Assembly (NCBI RefSeq): GCF_006345805.1
Contig: NC_043008.1
Location: 26,536,001 to 26,600,000 of the forward strand
Source of the DNA: Octopus sinensis
Lineage: Eukaryota
Reading direction: 5' to 3'
DNA length: 64,000 nucleotides
Position 1 is the stretch's first letter; every line of letters starts with the position of its first letter. Positions 38,466 to 51,879 of the stretch are shown here, in pieces. The translations under genes and the position numbers were made by a program. The notes beneath the pieces were generated by a model. The model worked only from the letters and a program-made list of their open reading frames with translations. It had not been told where the DNA came from and did not search any database.

Positions 38466-40756
38466 ACTGGATGGCTACTGCTTCTTTCAATCAACTACTT
38501 GTAGCGTAAACCAATAAGGTGATCAGGTTACCAGCAATAACATTGATGGCAACATCAAGACAATGAATAAGCCTCAAAATTGTTTGTGTCCCTTCAACAA
38601 ATAGTAACTAAATTTCCCTCAAACCTTATTCTTCTGTCATATTTGATAATTTTGTCCTCAGCGGCGTATTCAAAAATAAAAAAAGTATGGTTTTGATTGG
38701 ATTTAACTTTGATCCTGATTTCATTTACATTAACAAGGGATGACCAAGGAATAATCATACATCCACAATAAAGCACAACTTTTAATGGATTAGTAAAGAT
38801 GATTAATTTCTTACTGTTGTTTAATTGCTTGGTGATCCTATTTTTATTTAGGTATAGTGTATCTTAGATTACATTTATCCAGTGTGTCCGTTCCTTTTTA
38901 AGATGGTGTGATGTAATTCAAGGAAATTTGACTGTTATTTCTAGAAGTTTGAGTGACTATGTAGAGATTTCCTTGTTAACTTGAGGATTAACTGGTTTTA
39001 TTGAGAGCCAAAGAGGAGGAGTTTTGTGGCACCTTAGATCAGAAGGATAGCAGGGAATGTGTGAAGACAGTGAAATTTAGTAATTCATTGGGGATAGTAA
39101 AATATCCTTTTATCTGAATAATAACATTACAGCTGAGGAAGTTCCTAAAGAATAGTGTGATTTCAAGTAGCTCGAAGTAAACTGACCATAAAGCTGTTAA
39201 ATGTGCTGGTGCATTAGTGCATGTGATTAGCTCTCGTTTAACAGAGTGCTGTGACGATTGCAGGAAGTTGGCAATAATCTATTGACAAGACTACCTTATT
39301 ATTACTGAAGCAGCTTTCAAACATAATATTTCTACACTGTAGTTTAAATAACAGCTTTCTTTACTGAATTATCTCTGCAATGAAAAGCAATGTGTTATAA
39401 CATATGTACCATTTGTGTGTACATGTGTGTTACTGAGAGACAGGAGAAGCTGCAAATGGGAAGTGAAATAAACTTTCACTAATGCCATGTATGTGAAATA
39501 TATGCCTAGAGAAGACTGCTGCACTGAGAAAATAGCTGGGTATTTTGGAAGAAATAGTTACAGCATGAAAAGAGACAGCAAAGTTAATAGAGTATGGAAA
39601 AAAAATAACTGTAAAGTTAGCACAATGTATTTTGTATTGTGTCTGAAACCAGTACACATAATTATTAAATGGCTCAGTCTACCTGCTTGAAATTCATTTT
39701 ATATTTTTATTTTACATCACACTTTGTGAACAATAATGCCATTGATTATATGTTTCCAATGGCCAATCCCCAGTTCACTGCATTTATGATGGCATGAATG
39801 ACAAGGGAGCATCCGTTCAATTTGGGTAGAACAAATACCATGCAAGATTATATTTTTAATTCAAAAATACTAGTTTATACTTTTGCTTGGGGATTTTTAC
39901 ATTTTTTGTTAATGTACATGCACATACAACAACACTAACAGATTTTCAGACTGTAATAGATATTACTAGAAAAACAGTAAAAAGTTTGTGGAAAGTGTCA
40001 GTTACTTCAAAGTTCCCTCAAGTACTAGTTTGCACACTGTAGAAGAATAATGAACACAGAAGTTACAGTGAGAGAAGATAACCATTCTGAAATGTTTACA
40101 ACTCACAGTCTGGGCAGGTGGTGCTGCAAGCTGATTCTGGTGCATTTATACCATTTGTTTACAATGAGAAATGGTTTCTCCATGACAAAACACAGTGAAT
40201 AGCTTTCTGATGGGTCCAAATATGCCTCAAGCATATTTGATCAGTTAATAACTAAATATTTATAGAAGTTGTTTCAATGGATGGGGTGGAATTATCAATA
40301 GCATTAATAATAAAAAAGCAGCAAGATTGACCAGTATGGGTTGTGTTCAATATTGAATGGTTTATGGTAAGCTATATCAGGAATGATCATATATGGGGTG
40401 AAAGATGGATGAAAATTGTGTACGTGTGTCTTGAGAACATTAAATATATACATGTAATTTCAGGGATTATGCAAACAGCCAATGAAATAATGAAACAAAT
40501 AATGAAATAATGAAACAAAACCGGTAAATTTTGAGATGAACATTTTCATTTGTGACAAATATTTTTAGAAAAAATTTCTAAGACATTGTCATGGTCATTT
40601 TATCATATGCCTGCAGCACATTTATGATACTACAACAAAAATCTTCCAGATTAAGCACAAGTTCTCCAGCTGTCTTACCATTCTTATCCAACCAGTTCGT
40701 GATATTGTTTTACAAAATTACTGTTTGAGAAAGCTATTTTTGCATTACATCTATTG

Positions 40757-42450
40757 CATTGGGGAACACTGTTCTTGTTGTCTGGTGTTGGAGACATGTT
40801 TCCTAGTAATTTTGTAGTGCTGATTTCAAAACTGAAAACCATTTGGCTCTATCATGTCAAGCACAAACTCAAAAGTCAATTTTTCAATATTTTGGAATTG
40901 TTACCATTTCTAAGGATAGAGTTGGTTTCCTCCAATGCAGACCCATTTATTGAGCTTAAGATAATTTTGAAAATATAGTTTTACAATATCATTTAATGTC
41001 AATGCAGCCACAAAAGAGAAAACGAAAGTCATCATTTCAGTATTTTTAGCAAACAAAAAGCATCAAACTTGAGCAACTTGCACTATTTTCAATCTAACTA
41101 GTTTTAAGTATCATGATGATGACAGAATTGTCCTTTATACAATTAGATGTTAATAAACAACACATTTCTGTTATTCTTGACATCATACATATCTCATATT
41201 TGTGAAATTTACCTGCAGATATGCCTACATTGTACTTGATTTAGTGTAACCATCTTTGCAAACCAGGTGAGAAAATGTCTACTGCACCTTCAACTGTTTC
41301 TTTTGAAAAGTTTTTCTTGTGCCCTTAATGTTTGAATTTTGTGAGGTCATGAGCATGGTCAAAGAACTGTTGGAAGAACTTCATAGTATGTATGGAACTT
41401 TGCCATTGCAAATCTGCATTTGCTTACTTTATTACTGCTGACAATTCCAAAAATGCTTTTTGACTTGAATATATGTTGTGTTTCAGAAATATGGCCAATT
41501 GTGAGAGAAAAAAATGCAAAAACACTTCTGATGTTTTTGTGCGAATGTTACACTTTACCTAGGCTGCAAAGCAAAATCACAGATTTTGTGATGAGGGATT
41601 ACTTTACTTACTTCGGTATGAAACTGGGGGATCAAGACAAAGCAGAGGCACCCCACTGTGTAAAACATGTGTTGAAACACTGAGACAGTGACTATTTCAA
41701 ATACTTAATCAGAAAGCTTCCAGCTTTGTCTTGAGAGAAAATTGAGGTTGGTGTGTTTGATAAGCCATTGTAGGATGAGCAGTTTTTGGAGACCGTGTCT
41801 GGTGTTGGAAAACAAGCATGGACTGTGTTTTTTGCAATTATGACTGATTTTCTGGGAAACAGGAATCACCAAATTAGGAAGAATTTGTACAGACCATGGT
41901 AACCAGTTTTTGAGCACTGGGCTGCAACATGAGTGTAAAAATGCATTTCCTGTGCATTGATCTGGATTACTTCACTGAAAAATCATAGTGCAATAAGTGA
42001 TGAGAAAGGAGAAAGATTCCATCAAGACCATGGAGATTAGGTATCAAGGCAGGTGGAACACAGGCATGATGGCTGACTACTGCTCGTCTCTGCAAAGAGA
42101 CTGTCATGGTGCAAGTTATTCATGTAAAGCAGCAAAGAGAAAGTTCACTCCTTGAGTTACTGAAACTCCAGTTTGACACAAATATCTATCCAAGATATGT
42201 AATTAAACATTTTGCACGATTATTTATTAAACAATAAAATGTACAATTTGGTATGTGTTATTTTCTGATTTCAGAATTGCATTTAATGGCAAAATTGACA
42301 TTTTTCTTGTAAAAAATGAATTCCTATTTAGTAAAAGACTTGATGTGACAGAAAATTTCTTAGAGCATTTCTGAACCTAGAATCAGATAGGACTAATTGA
42401 AAAAAGTAAGACAACTAAAAGTTTTTCCAAAATATTCTGTATTCTTTATT
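40757..42450 (+). mobile_element. Chapaev3-like (CMC) DNA transposon, internally deleted
   Basis: YFGMKLGDQDKAEAPH..CKTC zinc domain joined to LGCNMSVKMHFL, SDEKGERFHQD, RYQGRW..MMADYC; left end cattggggaac; GT-AG intron-like segment upstream of the ATG. Superfamily name is from recalled motifs. Confidence 0.7.
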
Positions 42451-42659
42451 CAAAATAAATGATAAAAGCAGATGACCAGACCTATAAATTATAGACAAAC
42501 AATACAATTGTGCTTATTCAGAGAGGAAACTGTAGAAAAAAACTTAATGTTATACAAAATGGACTGTAAGGTTGAAATTAGCATGCCAATTTTAGTCTAA
42601 ACCAAGTGAAAAAGCAAGCTCAACAGAAATTATGTTCAAAATTGTTCCCTTGAGTTATC

Positions 42660-44225
42660 ATCATCATCATTAGTTTTATTATTATTATATGTTTGACTTT
42701 TGCTTTGTATTTGTACAAGCTGACTCCAAGTCTCATCCAGAGACCTCAAGAGACAACAAGTTATAAGTTTCTGTTGGTGTTATGCCTAGGGTGTCATATA
42801 TTTCATTTTGCACATAATATTGTTCTAGAGAATGTTTAAGAAAACATAAGAATGCGTAGGATATGGGCAGTTCCCATGAGGAATACATTTTGAATTTCTG
42901 ACTTTTGGGGTTTCCTAGTATCTGAACTAGATAGGAATCATCCCCCTTTGCTATCATTCCTAGCATGTCTATGACAATAGGTATTGTTTTAGTCTTGAGG
43001 TTCCACATTTTGCCAATTTCTATTTCAACATCTTTATACTTGCTCAGTTTTTGGTAGGTCTTGAGAAATACATTTTTGTCGATTGGACAGTCATATCAAT
43101 GAGGAGGCATGATTTTTGTCTGAAGTCCCTCAATATAATGTCTGGCCTATTTGCATCTATCTTTCTGTCAGTTTGAACGGTGAAGTTCCAGAAGAGTGAG
43201 CTGTGATCATCTTCAAGCAATGGAGGTGGTTTGTGTTCCCACCAGTTTTTATCATGGGGCAGGTCCAGGTCTTTTCAAATTTCCCAGTGAATATACTGTG
43301 CTGCTCTATCATGCCTGACGAGATACTCTGCAGGGACAAGACTGCACATGGAGACAAGATGATCAATGGTTTCATTTCGTGAGTTACATACACGACATGT
43401 TAGGCTACTGCTGTTCTTTAATATGTTGGCCGGGTAGCTCCTTGTAGGTAGGCATTGATCTTGAGCTGCTATGATAAACCCTTCTGTTTCTGATTTTAAG
43501 CCAGAAAACACTAATCATTGATGGATAAGGGCTTTGTCAACAATGGTATTATCAGCTCTCTTTGGGTATTTGTCATTGAGATGTTTTTCTTGCCATTTAT
43601 CAGTGAGAATATCCAAGGCAGCAGTTTTAGCATGGGTTTTCATATGTTTAACTTTTTCTGTGCTTGTATCCAGTATGTTTAATTCTGGGATTTGTTGCAT
43701 TTGGAATTCACTTTGATATTCCTTTGCCTGTTTTGTTACAGATTATGATGCTTTCTTGTTTTCATGCTTTAAGGCAAGTTTTGATATCCACTCATTAGAG
43801 CTCTTCAGGTAGGTGTTTAAGCCAATTGTGGCAATTGCAGCTCTCTGCTGGTTCTAACTCTTTTATGTCATTCTCCTGGTCAAGATTAATGTTGGGTGTT
43901 TCTGTCATTTCCCGTTTGATAAACGTAGCTTTTGCACATTTATCGAGGTCAAATTGCATCCTGATGTTATCACTGAATTGTTTAACAATTGCTAGTAAGC
44001 CCTGTAGCAAGAGCTTTAAATCATCCATGTAAAAGATATGATTTATATTTTTATCAAACATTTTATAGCCATATTGTACATCATTGAGCAATTTCGAGAG
44101 AGGTATTAAGGCTAGACAAAAGAGGAGTGGTGATAGAGAGTCACCCTGGAAAATGCCACATGAAATTCTTACATCTCCAGCATTGAGAGATTCATTGTCA
44201 CTGTTCAAAGTTAGTGTGGTTCATC
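42660..44225 (-). mobile_element. 5'-truncated R4/Dong-clade LINE (RT, CCHC, REL endonuclease)
   Basis: GIFQGDSLSPLLFCLAL, FYMDDLKL, IAAQDQ, CRVC..ETIDHLVSMC, DANRPDI; ends in (TAA)n. Confidence 0.9.
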
Positions 44226-44420
44226 CATCTTTACATTCTGAGTTCAAATTCCACTGAGCTCAACTTTGCCTTTTATTCTTTCAGGGTCAGTGAAATAAAT
44301 ACCAGTTAAACACAGTAGTTGATGTAACCAACTAGGCCTCTCCCCACAAAATCTCAGGATCTGTACCTATAACAGAAGATATCATTATTTATTATTATTA
44401 TTATTATCATCATCATTATC
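44225..44420 (+). mobile_element. SINE family B with (ATT)n tail
   Basis: ttctgagttcaaattccactgag..cctttcagggtc..ataccagtt. Confidence 0.75.
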
Positions 44421-47400
44421 ATTATTAATATATTAATGCACTAAAATTGAAATTCATTACACTGTCACATGATTGGTTGAAGGTGAAGAATGAGAGAGAA
44501 GGTGTATGCAAAGAGTTCTGGTGAATGTAATAGAGTAATCAACTCAACCTTGACAGTAAATATATAAGTTACATGTTGCTTTGACTGTGTGTTTTATTGT
44601 ACTTTCAAATTCATTCCAATGCAAATATGTGTTTATATATGAATGTGCATGTGTACAGCTATGTGTGTGTGTATAAATGTGTACATCTGTATGCACATGT
44701 GTATGTACTTTTAAAATTCTTAATATATCCTTCCATATAACATCTTTTACTGCCTCCTTCCATAATTTGTAAACACTTTCTTTTTATCTTTTCAAAACTC
44801 CACTTTATAGTTTAGTCTTCATAATCCGAAAAGAAAATTTCATTTTTTTTTTTTTGTATTTCTTTGAGCTTCTTCAGCTAATAAAGAAAAGGTTATCATC
44901 ATTTATTGTGCTTCTCGAAGTTCCTAAAAATCTAGCTTGATTTTTTTTTAAGGCCTCTCCATCAGGTCTGAGACTTCAGAGAGAATCTTTCACAGGGTAT
45001 GAATAGTGCCTTATGAGGCAGTCTTTTGTATAGTGTCAATATCATATTGGCTTTTATGTTGTTTGAATAATTGTAGCAGTTTCTTTGTGATGAGCCCCTG
45101 GGATCCTACCACTGAGTTCAAATCTCACTGAGATCAGCTTTGTTTTACATCCTTCTGGGCTCAATGGTATTGACTAACTTCCTCTCTTTAAATGGCCTTG
45201 TTCTTAAATCATCCTCATTATTCTCCTTCTCCTCATCATCATTGCCACCACCTTCTTTACTATTATCTATTATTATTGATGAGGATATCAGTGGATTACC
45301 AAGAATTGGTAAAGCCTTAGACCTTCTTTAGCTTTGTATCGTGTGAGTTTCAATACCATTGATCTCCACTTTACATTTCTTGCCTCCCCAGGTTCACAAA
45401 ATAAATGTACCACCCAAATTTTGGCATCAATATCAATGACTGTTCTCTTCTCCTTAAAATTATGGTCTTGGGCTCAAAGTAGAATCATTTCAGGGTGGAT
45501 TGCTAAAATAAATAGCAAGTTGAAAATGATCATTACACTCTGAGTTCAAATCTTGCTGAAGTCAACTTTACCTTACACCATTTTGGTGTTGATAAAATAA
45601 AATAGTTCTTAATTACCCTTCCATACCTGAACCTAGACACTACAGAGTAAGAACAGCTTGTACCGGCATCTATTAACACCATTGTAAGATTTGCATTTTC
45701 TTCTTGACCTTAGCTTCCTCTGTGGATGCAGCCAGGAGATGAGTTTGAATCTGCTAGTCTCATCTCCATACAAAAATGCTGATCAGTCAATGTTTGGCCA
45801 TAGAACTTGAAATAATTTACAGCATTGCCTAACAACAAATAAGTAATCTAAAAAAGACAATCATACAAGGAGAGATATATTTTCAGAAAATAGGAAGGTA
45901 AGGAATATTTTGATGATTATGTCATAATGATCTGTTCAAAAACAGTAATTTAGACTAATGCTGTTCTAGGAATATTCAAAATATGTACCAAATTGATATA
46001 TTCCCCATAGATAAGGAACAGTGATAAGATGTTCCATTAAATAAGATTCACCATTCTATTGATAAAAAAAGGTCAAACTTTCATAGTCACCACCTGTCTC
46101 CCTGTGGCTATTGCTACTGAATCAAAGCACTGCATACATTTGCGTTTTACTAATCAAGTAATATGTTATCGATTGATGTTTTTGTTTTACTAGCATCAAT
46201 ATTGCCAAGGACTAATGTATAGAGAATGTCAAGCAAAAGGTCAGGTTTATTTTCTATCATAAATTGATTATGAAGTGATCTCGTTGTACTTTGATGTACT
46301 TGACAGACAAAATATCAATTATCCCTAGCCAATCATTAATTTCACCAACGAATCAGTGTTAGGCTTTCTTTATACTACCTTGTATTCATAACAAGGAAAG
46401 AGCTACTCCAGGAGGGGATTATTCTACACTCATAAGTTACTCTGTGTAAAGAAGACACATTACAGTGAACTATTACTTAGCATCTTCAGTATTTTGTTAT
46501 TCTTTGAAATGAATAGAATTAATTTATTGGGATTACATATACACATACAAGTGCACATGTATAAATACACAAAAATACATAAACATGTAGTTAAATGCAC
46601 ACTCATGTGTGTGTGTTTATGTGTACATAAGTGTGTGTGTGTGTTTTAATCTTACATACTTTATTTTATTTACTTTACACTTGGGTCAGTTACATTTGTA
46701 TAAACAGAGTTCATAAAATGCCAACAACATATGCAAAAAACATTAATTTATTCCTTCATACAATGCTTAATTAATTAAAGCTATTATGCTTTAATGCTGG
46801 GATAGACATTTCTTTGTCCACACAAAGTATTTGTATCATTCAGACTAAACTTTATTTACTACTGATTGCAAGAAGATAAATTGTTTAAATTACATATTTT
46901 ATTGATACATAAACACAACACAAGGTAGCAGAAATACGGGAATGCTATCAAATACTTAGATTTCTTATTCCATATTCTAACTTCAAATACTTGGCATTCT
47001 AAACATTCCTTGTCAGTAAAATAAGTTTCACCAATATACAGGGACTAAATGTAACTAATACATCCATTCTTTCAAAAGTTGGTATCATGCCTAATCAAAA
47101 GAATTCAAAAACTCCATACTATTCTTTACAACAAATGAAACAATAATGTTATTATTAATGGTAGAAAGGCATACAAAATACCTTGCTATTTATAATTATG
47201 TCACTTTATTTCTGACTTCTATCCCCATCACAGAGTGGGTGTTGTGTTAATAAAATAAGTATATTTAAATTACCATTCATATATTCAATAATGCACCCCA
47301 GCTATAGTCTGTAGTCTTGTGCTAAATACTGTTATCTGTTTCAGGTTAGCAATAAGTGGACTCTGGTGAACTAATTTTTCGAATTCACTTCCTAACATAA

Positions 47401-47479
47401 TTAAGGTTCTTGAAAGTTATACAATATTCTTCTTTATTCTTGTACATATTTTTGATTTTCTGTTTCAGTCAAGAATATT

Positions 47480-48300
47480 CTTTTCTTTTATTCTTTTATC
47501 TGTTTCAGTCTGTGTATGCCTGAAATGTTTCCATTCAATGTGTTAGCACCATCAAATGAAAAGTAGCATAATTTTATACCAAGCAAAATGTTTAAGTGGC
47601 AAAAAACATCCAGAATAACCTTAGTGTCTCTGATTATAAAATTGAGAAAATCTTTGTGTTTATCCAGGTCTTCAGAAATGTAATGGATAATGATTGTTTC
47701 TTGTTCCATACCAGACCAATCACATTTAATACCAATAATCATGGAATCTTCAACCTTTTTTTCTGATCTCATGCAGGATGTTATGAACATATGACAGTTG
47801 GATTTCATTTTGTATGGTATCAGATAGGAAATTATCTCAACATTTAAGCCACTGACTTACTTCTGCACTGCATTCTTCAGCAATGTCTTTTACAAGATAT
47901 ATGAAGTTTCCTGTATCATAAGACAAGGAGTTTCCTTAGGTGTTGTAATTCTGTTATACCAAACTCCTTCAGCATATAAACAGATAACAGCATTATGCTA
48001 AATATCATAATGAAGACACAGGAGTTCTTTGAACCAAACTGACAGTATGTACATTTCTTTGCCTCCTTGAAGAAGTTGAATGTCTTTCCAGACATGCTTT
48101 TGAGACGTACAAAATTCCAATGACACTCCTTGACATGTTGGAAGTGCTTTATCATTAAATTTTTCCACTGAATTGGATCTTTGCAATCTTCAAAAGTCTT
48201 GCATTCTCTTGACAAGATGCAGTACCGAAGAGCTGATAAAGTACACAGAGCTGATAAGAAAGGAAACTTTTCAAAAAGTGCAAGCAGATCAACAATTTCA
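47480..48300 (-). mobile_element. hAT transposase relic
   Basis: FSFDGANTLNGNISG motif; upstream W.FVRLK..CTYCQFG zinc-finger-like segment. Confidence 0.6.
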
Positions 48301-48609
48301 TGTTAGAAAAGTAGGGTTTCTCTTAATTGTTTTTGATTTATTTATTTCATGAAGATGTTTGATGGATTTGATTGGTCTGATCTGGTTTAACATGGATTGG
48401 ACTGGTCTGATCCAGTTTGGACCAATTTAAACCAGTTTGGACTGTGATGATTCACTTTTGACCAGTCTGGACTGGTCTGAACTGGTTTGGACCAGTTGAG
48501 CTTAGAGTTAGGGTGAGAGTTAAGGTTTGATGTTTGATGAAAATATTTATAATAATATGATGCTTCATGAAGATTTTTGATGAAAATGTCTGAAAGAATA
48601 TATATTGCT

Positions 48610-48935
48610 GCAGTAGCAGCTGTGTGGTAAGGAGCTTGCTTACCAACCACATGTTTCCAGGTTCAGTTCCACTGTGTAGCACTTTTGTGCAAGTGTCTTC
48701 TACTATAGACTTGGGCCAACCAAAGCCTTGTGAGTGGATTCGGTAGACAGAAACTGAAAGAAGCCTGTCTAATATATCTGTATTTATATGTGTGTATGTA
48801 TGTGTGTGTGTGTGTGCTTTAGTGTGTGTGTCTGTGCATGTACCTCCTAAATTGCTTGACAACTGATGCTGGTGTGTTTACATCCCTGTAACTTAGCAGT
48901 TCAGCAAAAGAGACCAATAGAATAAGTACTAGGTG
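48610..48935 (+). mobile_element. SINE family A, 3' truncated
   Basis: Homologous to 52888-53285. Confidence 0.85.
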
Positions 48936-48983
48936 AAACTCAGAGTAACAGGCTTTGTTGAATTTCTGCTGCTTTTAAATAAA

Positions 48984-49024
<41 letters not shown>

Positions 49025-49033
<9 letters not shown>

Positions 49034-50246
49034 TATAAAACTGTCAAAAACTTGTTTATTTTTATGTTTTTTGATTTATTATTAGTGTTGCTTAATATGT
49101 TTTGCTAAGATTGCCGTTTCTTTTCAGATATAACCAGAAAAAGGTAATTAAAATTCATTAAAATGACAGATCTATAGCACTTTCAAAGAGATCAAATTAT
49201 TAGTGCTTGTATGGCAGGCGCTAGCATAATGGAAAAAGCTGAAATATTTGGTGTATCAAGAAGTACTGTCTCAAAAGTAATGACAGCCTTTGAGAAAGAG
49301 GGAAAAACCTCCTCATCAAAACAACACTCTGGAAGAAAACCAAAACTTTCAGATAGGGACCGTTGGACTCGTATGTGAATTGTTAGAAAGGATCACATAA
49401 GTAGAGCTCCCAAAATTACTGCAGAGCTTAATGACCACCTCAAGAACCCAGTTTCCACAAAAACTGTTCACCAGGAGCTGCACAAAGTCAGATATTTTGG
49501 GAGGACTGCAATTAGAAAAACACTACTTTCAAAAACAAACATTGCAAAGCGTTTAGAGTGAAATAAAATCCTACAGAATTGGTCCCTAGAGCAGTGGAAG
49601 AATGTTATTTTCTTTGACGAGTCATCCTTTACCTTATTTCCGACCACCAGCTGAGTATATGTGTGGGGACAGCCAAAAGAAGCATTTGACCAAGACTGCC
49701 TTCTTCCAACTGTTAAACAAGGAAGAGGATCTGTGATGATCTGGGGTAGCTATTTATTGGAAATTTGCTGGCCCAGTGGTTTCCCTTCATGGCAGAATTA
49801 ATAGTCAAGACTATCTAAGCATTTTATCTGATCAAATTGATCCTGTGGTTGCAGAACTATTTCGAGAGGAAAACACAATCTTTCAGAATGATAATGCACC
49901 AATTCACACAGCTAAAGATGTTAATGAATGGCACGAGAAACATTCTTGTGAAGTCAAACATCTTCTCTGGCCTCCACAGTCTCCAGATCTCAATATTATT
50001 GAACATTTATAATGCATTTTAGAAAAACAAGTAAGGAGACGATATAATCCACCATCATCATACAAGAACTGGAGACTGTTTTAGCTGAAGAATGGATAAA
50101 AATTCCTTTAGAAACAATTCAACCTTTGTATGAGTCCACACCTCATACAATTTAAGTTGCAATTAATGACATAGGCAGTCCTAATCCATATTAAAATAAA
50201 TTTGTTTGAAATTTTAAGGTGTTTCCATTATTTTGTCCAACCCCTG
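49025..50246 (+). mobile_element. Tc1 transposon, same family as 30244-31414, left TIR lost
   Basis: FQNDNAPIHTAK, WPPQSPDLNIIEHL; right TIR ggtgtttccattattttgtccaacccctg followed by TA. Confidence 0.9.
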
Positions 50247-50261
50247 TATATATGTATATAG

Positions 50262-50460
50262 GTGCAGGCATGGCTGTGTGGTAAAAAGTTTGCTTTCCAA
50301 CTTCATGGTTCTGGGTTCAATCCCACTGCATGGCACCTTGTGCAGTTATGTTCTGCTGTGGCCTCTGGCCAACCAAAGCCTGCTGAATATATTTGGTGGA
50401 CGGAAACTGAAAGATGCCTGTCATATATATATTTATGTACATGTAAACACACACACACAC
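50262..50460 (+). mobile_element. SINE family A 5' half (a 3' half lies at 51075-51300)
   Basis: gcaggcatggctgtgtggtaaaaag.. head. Confidence 0.85.
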
Positions 50461-50480
50461 GTATGTATATATATATAATA

Positions 50481-50920
50481 CAAATGAAAAATAGAGAGAA
50501 ACACAAGATGTTATTTAAATCATTTATATTGCTGATATATCTTTCGATCAATACAGTAAAATTAATCCAGGAAGAATAATAATGTGGAGTAATGTATCAA
50601 TCTTATCAGGGAGGAGATTATAAATAATAGTGTTCATTAATAAGCCATTTTACAGATGTAAGAAATTATAATATATATTATAATTTCTTGCATGTGTAAA
50701 AATGGCTTATTTATTAACACTGTATATATATAATTTCTTACATCTGTAAAAATGGTTTCTTAATAAACACTGTTATTTATAAACTTCTCCCTGGTGAGAC
50801 TAATACGTTATTCCACATTATCTTTCTCCCTGCATTAATTTTAATGTATCCATTGAAACATATGTCGGTGATATAAATGATTTAAATAACATCTTGTGCT
50901 TTTGTCTCCATTTTCTATTA
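50481..50920. repeat. Diverged palindrome (arms about 190 bp, roughly 80% identical) with a degenerate hammerhead in each arm
   Basis: Arms 50481-50670 and 50730-50920; + strand CUGGUGA..GAAAC-AUAU-GUC^GGUGA (50791-50871); - strand CUGAUAA..GAAAG (50609-50541). Confidence 0.85.
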
Positions 50921-51879
50921 CTCATATGTTCTCCAAAACATGTCTCACTTCTCTTTGGAATTATTACCTATGTATGTGTGGTTACTAATATCTTAAAGTG
51001 CTTATGTAATATTTGGCTACCCTGGTAGCTATTTCTCTGGATTTTTTCCTTGTAAATTAAACATATGTGTGTGTATTTATATATTCATGTGTGTCTTTGT
51101 GTCTGTGCTTGTCATCCCATCACCACTTGACAACTGGTATTGGTGTGTTCACACTCCCCCATAACTTAGCAGTTCAGCAAAAAGAGATCGATAGAATAAG
51201 TACCAGGCTTTAAAACAAATAAGTAGTGGGGTCAATTCATTTGACTAATGCATGGCTGGAGTAAAACGACTGAAACAAGTAAAAGAATACAAGATTAAAG
51301 AATAAATACACACAGAGTGAGACAGACAGACAGATGAAAAATTGCACCGAAAGATGACAAAGAAGCAATTGGAAAGAATCACACAGAAGTTGTGTTGGTG
51401 GCAGTGGCAGCATAAGATGTATGCTTTGGCATTGGATGGTGTTGCTTCTATGAATTGTGTGTCTTGTCCCAAGTAAGTGAGTGAAATTACTGTTACTGCA
51501 TATGCTTGGTCACTTGCATTGAGTAAACTAGCGTAGTTTAGGGTTTCATGCATTCATAAACTCTACTATATTGACAGTTAGCTGATTCGTCATGGAGCAG
51601 TGAGGTGTACATTCAGATTGAGGTGGACAGTGGGTGGGGGAAGAAAGGCATGATTCTTCACTAATTAGAATTAGTAGTAGTGATTATGGTAGTAGCATGG
51701 TAATAATGATGATGATGATGGGTTAGTTGTAGTATTCAGAGAAGATGAAAAATGTGGATAGCTGGACAGTGACTGGCTTTCCATTATGGCATTTAAGAAG
51801 TCATCAACTGTGCTAGTTTTGAGGATGGCTTGTCTGCTGGATATGTTGTTTTTGCTGATATATATATATCATCGTCGTT

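Noticed and set aside
42660-44420. R4/Dong LINE as the mobilising partner of the adjacent SINE family B
   Set aside because: The LINE ends in sense (TAA)n whereas the SINE ends in sense (ATT)n, and I see no shared 3' sequence.
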